Source: Chiloscyllium plagiosum (Eukaryota). From it: a DNA stretch of 64,000 bases. Where the stretch lies: NCBI RefSeq assembly GCF_004010195.1, contig NC_057718.1:46093897-46157896 (forward strand), read 5' to 3'. The position numbers and the translations under genes were made by a program. Shown here in pieces: positions 36,079-47,483 of this stretch (position 1 is the first letter of the stretch; every line of letters starts with the position of its first letter). The notes beneath the pieces were generated by a model. It had not been told where the DNA came from. It ran no database searches and saw nothing but the letters and a program-made list of their open reading frames with translations.

Positions 36079-39000
36079 AAGTTAAAGATTATAACTTGAG
36101 AGAAGTTGTAGCTGTGAACTATACAATGTAAGTTTAATTCCCTTCAGTGTAAATGAAGTTTATATAAAGCACAAGCAGCTGCTCACATTGACTTAGGAGG
36201 CAACCAAGTCACAGTTGAAGGTTGTTGTTATCTTTCTACCATCTAACCCAGCTTGACATGAATCCTGCCCTTGGTCTTGACCCCACGACGAAGATCATGG
36301 GAGATGGGCTGGATAACGTACATTAAAAGATTCACATCAATTAGCTTTTGTTTCCTTTTTATATTTGTTGATTTTTAAAAATATATTTTCTTGAACAGTA
36401 ACTAATTTTGTTCTTAGAAGGGAGATATTGAGCTCAGCAGCATGATGAGGCTGAATTAATGATCAATAGATGCAAGATTATTCCAGGGTGTTTCAGTGAT
36501 CTTGATATTTCAACAGTGTCATTTACTTAATGAAGCATTGTTGAGAGCACTCGCTCCTCCAAGGCAATTTTCTCCAGTGATGTCATCAGCAGCAACTATT
36601 CAAAACAAAATCTGCGAAATCATAAAGGACTATAAATTGCTCTGAAGATTATCTGAACTATTAATCTGAACAATTCAGTACTAGCTTATGTTTTTGGGAC
36701 AGGAATAGAGCAATGAAATGAAATATTAGGAAACCTTTAACTTTCACCTTTGCCCACATTAAAATGGCAGACAAGAAACAACTACACATTCCATTGTGAC
36801 TGTCTCTTATTGCCATGGTGAAACATGGAACTTATCATTCTCTTACCAACAGGTATTCATACAATCACCTGCAAAGGCAAACATAAAAAGCTCCAGGTCA
36901 ATTCAAAGAGGAAAATGTATCCGGTTGCTTGTCTCTAACTCTTAACGCTTGTCAATGCAGCTCCATGAGCACACAGTGATTGCGATGCATCACCAATTAC
37001 CCCATTTCTCCTCTGTGAAGTCAAGCCCAGTGGAGTGTTTCTCCCCTTGCTGCAAAAAATGGACACTCACACTAACAGGCCAGACATGTTTCAAAGGCCA
37101 ATGACATCCTGTGAAACAAAATCCTCTTAATGTAGTTCTTCTGTAAAATCAAACTGAATCACAAATTAAACTCAAATTAGGATAGGCAACTAATGAAGGC
37201 CACTATAACAAATGTCAACATTCCAAAGACAAAAGAATTTGAAGTGTTATTTTAAGGGGTGATAACGCACCCCTAGTTATGGAAGGCCTGAGGCATTCTG
37301 GAATATACCAGAGACTCCTTTGCAGATTCCTTCTGCAAAGACACCCTGGTGGTGAAAGGGGGATAGGTAATTGGTTGTAAAGATCCCCTTCATGGTCAGA
37401 TACATGGACATGTTGATATCCAACTTGGCCAGAGCCAGGAGCAGATCGAGAATGATGTCCTCCATTCCAACCTGGCCTCTCCACCATACATGCATAAAGA
37501 TCAGAAGTATATAACTGAAATGTAACCACAAATTTGAAACAAAATCAAAAAGGGGCTGAAGTATGTCCATGGGCTCCTCAAGGCCTCAAAGTTACAGGCA
37601 GCCTGGGAGTGCACAAGCTACCTAATTTATAATTGATGGACTCCATGCTGCATGGAACAGCCTCTACCCCAGGATCCAAATGGGAAGGCTTGGACTCCCA
37701 CATAGAGATCCCTCCATTGGTGACCTCCTGCCCATCAAGAGCTGCCAACTGATCTTCTCCACACAACAGCAAAACTACCAGGAAGGCAGGGGCTGCTCCA
37801 AGATGGCACCCAGTTGGGGCCTCAAATGTTGGAGCGACCCTGGGAGAGCTGAATGATCACTGAAAGGGATTGCAAGAACGGGGTTGCGGGGAATGGGAGT
37901 TGAAAACAAGCGCATTGGGTGACCCTCAACAACACCTCATAGTGTCTCTCAATCAACCACTGACTGTTTTCGAAAGATGAACCTCCCATCAACCATGCAT
38001 CAGAAACCAATAAGGAAAGAAGCTGGGTTTGTTTGGTATGCTTCCTGTCTGTCAATTGCCCTTGCCATGTTATTTAATCCCTGTCAAGGTGGGTGAGTTA
38101 TACTTTAAAGTAACTACATTTGTGAATATCCGCTAGACATTGTCACCTAAAGTTTTAGGAAAATATCTACAGAGGCAGTGCCATTCCCAACATATAGGGA
38201 TGAGGATGAGACATTAATTTCCACACAAAGGGTCTCAATTGATGATGGCAGGGGAAAGCCATCCATGGACACATCAGGTTGAGTTAGTGACAGGATCCCT
38301 ATTTTTATTAATTAGATTTATGGACAACCTAACATTTAACATATCTTAGTTTATTTCAGTGAGAACTGGGAAGAATGACTGACTTTTGCATCAGAAAATG
38401 AAACTTGGGTTGTATATTTAAACAATCACACAGGAATTCAAAAGGACTTTTAGACTTTCAGCCTTGTGCTATTACCATCTTTCAGCACTCCACATATTTT
38501 TAATTTGCTCCCAAAATCCAGACACTCTTTGCTATGTAAGGTTGTTTAAACTCTCATTTTGTGTAATGTTACACCAGAGTAAGTAGTTACTGCACTAGGT
38601 GGCAGTCTGTTCTATAAGTCCATTGTCGTAAATATACAAAAGATACTTCTTCACTTAAAGAAACATTGTCTTTGTGAAACACTGTCCGATTATTTTTGGC
38701 GAAGGCAAGAGGTAATAAGATCATAAAAGATTTTTCATCATAATTATATCACAAATGGGAATTAATTATGTGTTTTGAATGAAACTGGAGGATAATGTTA
38801 TGTGTTTGTTAAAAAAAAGTCAAACATTTTCTAGTAAATGCCATTTTTTCAGATCCACCTGTGGTTTCTTTAGTTTCTGATCATGTCTTGTTCCTTTAGC
38901 CTGTTTTTATTTTGTACAATACAAATCTCAGCTTCTTTATTACTAATCTCTTTCTGTATTTAGTTCTCAAGAGTTTTCTGCTCCAACTCTGGCAGGACAA

Positions 39001-39904
39001 GACAAAATACCTTGGAAAATAGTCGACTAGTTAGCACTTGGTACCTGTCTAACTGTTCTGTCAATTCGTGCGTATAGATTATGGTTGATTTCTGAACAGT
39101 TTATTGTATCGTCTACTACCCATTGTCATAGAGACAAAGAGACTCATTCTGTAGGTACTGCTTGCTGTGCTTGTCTTTGACTCATATTGATCATATTTAT
39201 TCAAAGTCATATGAAAATATTATACAGGATGTTTCCTTATTTGATTCCGGATAAAGCTAATTTGCATTTATCATGTGAACTTCTTTTCAATGAAAATACT
39301 TCAGAGGACTTGCAGATCATTTCTGGCAGCTATGTTCTCCAGGCATTATCACCACCAGCACTTTGTTTCTGGCTCAATCTTATATACAATGGGATGTGGT
39401 CATTGCCTGGCTGCTACCTCGGCCTCACCTAGTACTGTCTGCCCAGCCACAGTGGCCGACTCTCCAGCCTGTTGATTGTGCATGACTATTTTCTGACAAG
39501 AGCAACACTAGCAAACACATTCTCTTCACAGCTAAGGTAGCAATTATAACCATCTTCTCCTCAGTCAAGATTACATCAGGGAGAATAAGCGGTTGTGTGG
39601 AGTTGTTTTGTATCACAACAGCACCTGTTATTGAACAAATAACATGTTTTTGAGATAAAATAACCCTGCAGGCTCAGAGTGCATTACACACTCAATATAA
39701 TTTTGGTGTAGTGTCTCAGTGTAGGGCCACTTGCGTGAATCTTTCAATCTTTCTCATCTCCTCATGTTAGGGACTTTTTAACATGTACGCTATGGGTGAC
39801 TGGTTTCTATGTTCTTCTCAGTGCAATGCTTCAAGTTATTGAACGTCAATCTCCAAAGAAACCACCCCATTTTGGTTCAAGTTGGTGAGATCTCTGCTCC
39901 CTCG

Positions 39905-40158
39905 TGTTATGACTGGCCCCTGAGTAAGGGTCAATTTGTTATAAATTCCACATCAGGTACCCACAATGGTTGTACTTCCAGGTGACAAGGAATGAATTGA
40001 CTCCACCTATCCCTTCATTATACAACCCCATCCTCGATTGGGTTAATTAAGAAAGGATCCCTTCTTTCACTCATGAATAATTCTTTTTAGCCTGAATTTC
40101 TTCATGTTTTAAGAGAAGCTGGTTTATCCAGGCTTCCTTAAGTTAAAAGAGAAATGAG
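39905..40158. repeat. LTR-like dispersed repeat fragment related to 59436-59640
   Basis: Both start TGTTATG and share TTAATT(A/T)AGAAAGGATCCCT and CAGGCTT(C/T)CTT(A/G)AGTTA.AA(A)GA in the same order. Confidence 0.55.
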
Positions 40159-42029
40159 CCACAATGTCAGATATAATCACGTACTGTCCCCCCATTGAAG
40201 CCAGGGTGTTGCTGACTGTTGTTAAGCTCCCCACACATTACCCCTTTTCTTTTCTTGCTCTATCATCTCCTCCTTTTATATATTGAGTTGCCCCCATTCA
40301 TAATTGCCCTCCTCTCTGTATCCCAGCATGCTGCTTCTAATCTCTACATTTAAGTTCCCTAGCTTCCCTCCAGCAACAGTGGCCAGTGATAACACCTGCC
40401 CATGCATTTAGTGGACATATGCCCAGGCCTGACCATGGCCCAGCTCCTTGACCAACTTGGACAGGCAGCCCTGAATAATGACTGACCGGAGTCCTAGTGG
40501 ACTTCGATGTAGCTCCCTATGACTTGCTGTGACTCCCCAAATAGATTGTACTGGACTCAGGACTGAGCAAGGGCTATCCCTTGACTGAAGAGGTCTGGAC
40601 CCCCTGCCTGTGACCCCCCTGATCCAATTAGCAGACTGACTGTACCCAAGCCCCTAGATTTATGGTGGATGCTGCCCTGGACTGACTGTACCAGGACTCC
40701 AAACTGAGGATATCTCTCCCTTGACTTGACTAAGTACTCTCTTCTTAGACTTTGTGATGTGGCCATTTAGTTGAAGCACCTGGAGTGTATTTGGAGTGTA
40801 TGCTGCTGGTGTTTGCTGCAGGTGTGAGATTGATGGAGCACAATGCTCTATAGCAACATAGCCCTTTCACTAAGAACCAGCATGGCTAACTACATAGTCT
40901 TGTCTGTGTTAAACATCAAGGCAGATGTACTGTGAGCCTGTGAGTTCTGGCTGAGGGGAAAAAGCACAAAAAGCCAAGGCAAGGCAGAGATGCTGTGAGC
41001 ATCTAAGCAGCCAGAAAGTGAAAGAGGACTAAGAGAGCACGTGAGGAACCTTGAGATGTGCCCTGGTCTAGGTGCCTACCCCTGTGCACTGAGTGTCCTG
41101 GCAACAGCCTTACAGTGAAAGGTACCAGTGCTTTCTGAAGAGCAAAACTGTCTTTCAAGTGGCTCAGAGATGTGGCATGAGTATGTGGTGAGGATGGTAG
41201 ATATCAGATTGCAAGGTCCGTGAACAATGGGTTGCATGTGATCACTGCCCAGGGAGCATATTCTGAGATGTTGATGACTAGTACTGTACACATAATGGAG
41301 GTCTGAAGGAACAATCAGCGACCCATGTAATAGCTCTGACTTTCGTGTTGTCAATTGTCACCATCTAGTTTCTATCCAGCGGATCAAAAAAAGGGAAACA
41401 GTACAATTATATCAAAGAGCCACAATTAAGTAATAATTAGATGCTAATATACGCTAATGAAAATAGGCCACTCGCTGTTCATAAGTGAGAATCTCATCTC
41501 ATCATTCAATACTTGCTTGGAAAATAGGACCTTTTGCTCTCAGACAGGAAGTTCTTCGCTATCCATCCCAACAAGATTTCTTCACTTTCCCACTAATTCC
41601 ACATCCTCAGTGCCCAAGAAGATTCTGTCCAAGGTATTCATCTCTGGCTTTCCAAGGGAGTTTATGTATCTGTGCTATTTCCCTCAACACTCAGTAACTG
41701 TGCCTGGCTAATGTTGTGGGACTATTTCCAAATATGTAATCAACCTTTTTATTATCTATGAACAGAGTTCCTCCTGTATATACGTTATGGTGGTGTATCC
41801 TTCACCACAAATCACTGGATGTGCCCAGAACAAAGCAATGACAAAGGAGAATTGGTGGTAGTGAACTACATCAAACAGCACTTACCCAATACCACATTCT
41901 GATAGAGGTGACAAATTCTGCAAGGTATAGAAATGGTCATCTGGGAAAATACCACAAATATTACATTGTCAAATCATCAAATTGAGTCTCGGGTCAATGT
42001 CACATTCATTTACAAAGAAGATTACATTG

Positions 42030-42600
42030 CAGTAACAACAACTTGCATTTATGTAGCACCTTCAACATGAAGGCAGCTTCAAAGCAGGTCATTCAGAATT
42101 TGACATTGAACCACATTAAAAAAAATAGAGTGGGTGGTCAAATGTTTTGTGAAAAGAAAAGGCTGTTTTGATAAAACACCATAACACACAAAACAGAGTA
42201 AGATGATAGAGAGGTTTAGGTAGGGAACTTCAGAGTTTAGGGGCTCAGACATCAAAGACATGACCATCAATGCTGCTGTAATCAATTATTATCAGGGGCC
42301 ACTGCATTGGAGACCAGAATTGGAATTGCAAGTATCTCAGAAAGTTGTAGCATTGCAGGGAATCACTGAAATCGAGAGGTGGAGACAATGGAGGGATTAG
42401 AAATCATGAATGATAATTTCAGAATTGAAGCAACATAATTAATTGAAGACAGAGATGAAGGGTGAACTGGATTTGGTGAGAGATAAGATATGGACAGCAG
42501 CATTTTATATAAGTTTATGGAGAGTGCAGATTGGAAACAAGCCAGGAATGGATTGGAATAGTCAAGTTTGATGATAACAAAGACATGGATGATGTTTGCT
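42030..42600 (-). mobile_element. L2-like LINE 3' portion
   Basis: AACAACAACTTGCATTTATGTAGCACCTT (antisense of an L2-type tail), GGGAACTTCAGAGTTTAGGGGC (antisense of P.LWNSL) and GGAATAGTCAAGTTTGATGATAACAAAGACATGGATGA (antisense of IH.FV..KLDYS). Confidence 0.7.
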
Positions 42601-43370
42601 GAATCACATAGGCAACAGGAAAATATTCATGCTCTGCCTGACAGTTTAAAAAGTATTTACCCTCTAAATTTCATGCAATTTATCCAACGAGGACATTGTA
42701 TTTATTACTCATCCCTAACTGGGTAGAAGGTAGTTAAGAGTAAACCACATGCAGACCAGGTAGGATGGTAGACTACACTAGCGAACCAGATGTATTTTTA
42801 CAACAATTATCAGGTTAGTGTTTTGTTCTAGATTTGTGTCAATTTCACTATTTGCCATGGTGAGATTTGAAACAGCTCCCAGTATATTACCCTGAAGTTC
42901 ATTAGACTACCAGATCAGTGCCAATACCTCTGCACTATCATTTTCTCCTTAGCATCGAGTGGTCTTCTAGCAGAGGGGGCTGGAAAACTGGACAGAAATC
43001 TTTTCTCTAGGAATCAAACTTTGCCAGTACTAAATAAGTATTTAAATGAGATGGTATTGTCTGAAGTATGTAATAGGGTTAAAACTGGGTCAACCCACCT
43101 CTGAATTTCCCTTTGCAAATCAGTCCATCACCGCCTTTCCTCTTCTTCATTCTCGGTTTCCCTTCTGTGCCTGATCACAGAACAAAACTGCTTAACAATA
43201 GAAAATTCAAAGATTATGACATGAATTTATAATACAACTGTATTTGAAGGTGTGATCAGATGTCCACATGTTGAGGTATTAACCAGCCCTAAACCTGTTC
43301 TGTCAAACAGCAAGAGATCATTTAACATTATTGCTGAGCAGGCAATCTCAGATACAATATCAGGTTTTTC

Positions 43371-43470
43371 TTAGAACATAGAACATTACAGTGCAGTACA
43401 AGCCCTTCAGCCCTCGTTGTTATGCCAACATGTGGAACCAATCTGAGGCGTATCTATTCTACACTATTCC
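43371..43470 (-). mobile_element. CR1 3' tip
   Basis: TAGAACATAGAACATTACAGTGCAGTACAAGCCCTTCAGCCC: antisense tail repeat plus the conserved CR1 terminal motif. Confidence 0.65.
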
Positions 43471-44114
43471 ATTTTCATCCATATTCTTCACTCCTGGGAC
43501 GTGGACTCAATGGTCTAGTTAAGAATCCACGAGAATGAGTTGCCTTCTGGAACGTCGGCAGTCCATTTGCTGTAGACCAGAATTCTCAGGGTTTTGGCTC
43601 AATGTCAATGAAGGAACGGTGATACATGTCCAAGTCATGATGGTGAATGGCTTGGAGGGGTGTTTACGAATAGTGGCGTTCCCAAGATTAACCTTAATGT
43701 ACTTTTAAAAACATTAGTATTAAAATGTGATGTAAAGGGCCAGTTTTCTGGATGGTGCCCCTGGAAATTGCACACTTCCCTGTATGCAAAGGTCAGGAAA
43801 AACAAATTAGCAATGAGTAAGTTTATTTGGGAGCTCCATTCTTCTTCTAGCTCCTGAAATTCCAGTTTTTCCCAGGGGCTTGTGGCATGGTGAGTGTTAA
43901 TGGCTTGGGACAGTAAATAATGATGCCCCGGAGCTTACAGAGGCTCAATGCACTTCACTGCTCTCCTCCCTGTTCTTGATTTTGCAATCTTTTGCTCAGC
44001 AAATGTTTCGCCTTCAACTCTTGCCCATCAAGGTTAGGAATGCACAGGGGACAGTCACTTACCTTTCTGGCTGTGTTACTAATACTAAAACCAATTAGAA
44101 ATATGTGTTAAATT

Positions 44115-45480
44115 ATAGACAATAGACAATAGACAATAGGTGCAGGAGTAGGCTATTCTGCCCTTCGACCTGCACCACCATTCAATATGATCATGGCTGA
44201 TCATCCTTAATCCTGCCTTATCTCCATAACCCTTGATTCCACTATCTTTGAGAGCTCTATCCAACTCTTTCTTAAATGAATCCAGAGACTGGGCCTCCAC
44301 TGCCCTCTGGGTCAGAGCATTCCACACAGCCACCACTCTCTGGGTGAAGAACTTTCTCCTCATCTCTGTCCTAAATGGTCTACCCCGTATTTTTAAGCTG
44401 TGTCCTCTGGTTCGGCACATGTTTCCTGCCTCCAGAATGTTTCCTACTGCCAGAGTGTCCAATCCTTTCATAATCTTATACGTCTCAATCAGATCCCCTC
44501 GCTGTCTTCTAAACTCAAGGGTATACAAGCCCAGTCGCTTCAGTCTTTCAGTGTAAGGTAATCCCGCCATTCCAGGAATTGACCTCATGAACCTACGCTG
44601 CACTCCCTCAANNNNNNNNNNNNNNNNNNNNNNNNNNNNNNNNNNNNNNNNNNNNNNNNNNNNNNNNNNNNNNNNNNNNNNNNNNNNNNNNNNNNNNNNN
44701 NNNNNNNNNNNNNNNNNNNNNNNNNNNNNNNNNNNNNNNNNNNNNNNNNNNNNNNNNNNNNNNNNNNNNNNNNNNNNNNNNNNNNNNNNNNNNNNNNNNN
44801 NNNNNNNNNNNNNNNNNNNNNNNNNNNNNNNNNNNNNNNNNNNNNNNNNNNNNNNNNNNNNNNNNNNNNNNNNNNNNNNNNNNNNNNNNNNNNNNNNNNN
44901 NNNNNNNNNNNNNNNNNNNNNNNNNNNNNNNNNNNNNNNNNNNNNNNNNNNNNNNNNNNNNNNNNNNNNNNNNNNNNNNNNNNNNNNNNNNNNNNNNNNN
45001 NNNNNNNNNNNNNNNNNNNNNNNNNNNNNNNNNNNNNNNNNNNNNNNNNNNNNNNNNNNNNNNNNNNNNNNNNNNNNNNNNNNNNNNNNNNNNNNNNNNN
45101 NNNNNNNNNNNNNNNNNNNNNNNNNNNNNNNNNNNNNNNNNNNNNNNNNNNNNNNNNNNNNNNNNNNNNNNNNNNNNNNNNNNNNNNNNNNNNNNNNNNN
45201 NNNNNNNNNNNNNNNNNNNNNNNNNNNNNNNNNNNNNNNNNNNNNNNNNNNNNNNNNNNNNCAATCTGCAGGAACTGATCCCGAATCTATCGAATTCTGG
45301 ATAATAATCACCAACGCATCAATGATTTCTCGAACCACCTCCTTCAGTACCCTGGGATGTAGACCATCAGGCCCCGGGGACTTATTAACCTTCAGACCTA
45401 ACAGTCTCTCCAACACCAATTCCTGGCAAATATAAATTCCCTTAAGTTCAGGTCCTTCAGCCACTGTTACCTCAGGGAGA
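44115..45480 (-). mobile_element. Young-looking CR1 LINE copy spanning a 650-N assembly gap (44612-45261)
   Basis: LLGLKVNKSPGPDGLHPRVLKEV...IIQNSIDSGSVPAD before the gap; EGVQRRFMRSIPGMAGL...RGDLIETYKIMKG...RTRGHSLKIRG...VWNAL after it; tail (CTATTGT)n. Confidence 0.93.
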
Positions 45481-47059
45481 TTAATTACTCAATAATTCAA
45501 ATTATTACAAAGTGTACATATAACTTATATTTTCTTATTAATTTTATATTGCAAGTCCAATACTGCACCAACAAAAATGGATATTAAGTAATGAAAAATG
45601 TCTTATGTTTCCTGAAGAAGATAGTTCAGAGAGGTCTGTGGAGCAGTATTGGAGCCAATTGGATACCTGACATGCCCTTAAAAGCTTGAATGATGTATTA
45701 CTCAAAGGGAGGGAATATTCACGGTGTAATTCTCTGCATGCAACTTTCATGACATATTGTGTTCCTTGGATTAGTATCTCTGCCTGAGTCCATGAGCAAA
45801 TTCTAGTCCATATTAAGATCACGGAGCTTGGAGACAAGCAAATAAAACAATCTATTTCTGTACGCTGTCCATTCATCTTTAATAGGATTAAAGACAACAC
45901 AAGTTTAAAGAAAGGCAGCATAAGTCACAGTTCACTCTCATTCATGTGAAGTGATTGTTCCAATATAAAGAAATTAACTTGTGTCTCAATGTTGCTTTAC
46001 AATCCCACTAAGTGAAATATGTAAAAAGGAAGGTCTATTTCCGCAGTTGGTTCTTATTCAAATGATTTATAGCATGCTGGCAAATGAGTTCACAAACTTC
46101 CCCACCTGCTGACAGATTTTTTCTTACAAGGCTTTTGATTTATTTCAGTCTGGTACTTAACTGCTTTCATGTGACTGATATTCCTAGAGTCCTTGTGTGG
46201 CTATGACTGAGTTTGAAAAAGTTCCTCTAATCTATGTGTTGCTAATTTGAATGGCGTCTTAGTCCATTGTTAGAGCACATGCTCAGAAACAGAGGCATTT
46301 GTTATGTGTGAGGTTTAGTTTCCTTTGTAATGCAATGTCAGATGCTTCAGAGGCGCAGTGATGTTGACTTTGACTACAGTCAAGCTGGGTTTAGGCATGC
46401 CAAGGTCATTTTTACAAAGGGGATAAGTATTCTGAGGGAAGGACACACTGTGGGGATATCTTTTAATGTAAGCTGCTGGAAATGTGTTAGGTTCAAAGCA
46501 GATTAAAGGAGAAAGTTAAAACGCTTATCAAAAAATCTTTAGGGCATGGAATTCATCCTATAGAATCCTATTATTGTAGTTACTGTTTTATAGGATTTTT
46601 ATTTTATCTTACAAGATTCTAATCTTTTCTCAAGGACATTAGGGAGTATATTTTCCAAGATTATAATGGAGTGAACATAGTATTTATAGGTGCGTGAAGC
46701 AGCTGGTCAGTGATATATTCCTAACAATTAAAGACAGTCCTTTTTTGATGTTAGTCTGTAGAGTGGCTGAATTGAGGCCAGGCTAGTGGTAGCTGTATTG
46801 TGATCAAATATGTTATCAGCTATTCGGGTTTATAATGTTTAAAAGGGCAATCACTTCTGAAACTTGCCATAGAACCAGTCCAAATTAGAAAAGAAAGAAT
46901 CCAGCTCACTAGGCTGATGGAAAATAATGTTGGACTTTATTCCAATACATTCTAACATTTAAATGAACTATTTTGTTGAGGTATCATTAAGGCAAAGCAG
47001 AAAATATATTTTAAAATTTCTACCACATATGTAGGTTCGGTAAACACTAAAAAAATCAG

Positions 47060-47290
47060 GATATTTCAAAGTCAACATTGCTGTTTTGAAGCATAGTTAC
47101 TGTTGTATCATAAGAAATACTTAAGCCAATTTGCAGACAACAAATTCCTAAAAATCGAAAGAGCTGAAGATCAGATAATTCATGCTCACAGTGTTGGTTA
47201 AAATATAGATATTAGCCACAGCACTGGCAGGTACCCTCCATTTTCTTGGGATATAGGCATAGGATCTTTAATCTGTTAAGGCAGACAAGA
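47060..47290 (-). mobile_element. Degenerate DeuSINE fragment
   Basis: TTTTGAAGCATAGTTACTGTTGTA...AGCCAATTTGCAGACAACAAATTCC...GTGTTGGTTAAAATATAGATATTAGCCACAGCACTGG is antisense to the 3' half of the element at 31830-31980. Confidence 0.6.
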
Positions 47291-47394
47291 TACTACATCA
47301 GGTATGATTTGGAGATACCGGTGTTGGACTGGGGTGGACAAAGTTAAAAATCACACAACACCAGGTTATAGTCCAACAGGTTGATTTGGAAGCG

Positions 47395-47429
47395 CACTAG
47401 CTTTCGGAGCGCCGCTCCTTCATCAGGTG
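47395..47429 (-). ncRNA. Minimal hammerhead ribozyme motif
   Basis: Minus strand CAC-CUGAUGA-A-GGAGC GGC GCUCC-GAAA-GC-UA-GUG: 3-bp stem I, 5-bp stem II, palindromic AGCU in place of stem III. Confidence 0.7.
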
Positions 47430-47448
47430 GTTGTCATCAGGTGACAAT

Positions 47449-47483
47449 CACCTGATGAAGGAGCATCGCTCCGAAAGCTAGTG
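47449..47483 (+). ncRNA. Minimal hammerhead ribozyme motif
   Basis: CAC-CUGAUGA-A-GGAGC AUC GCUCC-GAAA-GC-UA-GUG. Confidence 0.7.

Noticed and set aside
44085..45464. 459-aa ORF (and the overlapping 282-aa and 218-aa ORFs)
   Set aside because: The length is an artefact of reading through 650 Ns; the real parts are CR1 ORF2.
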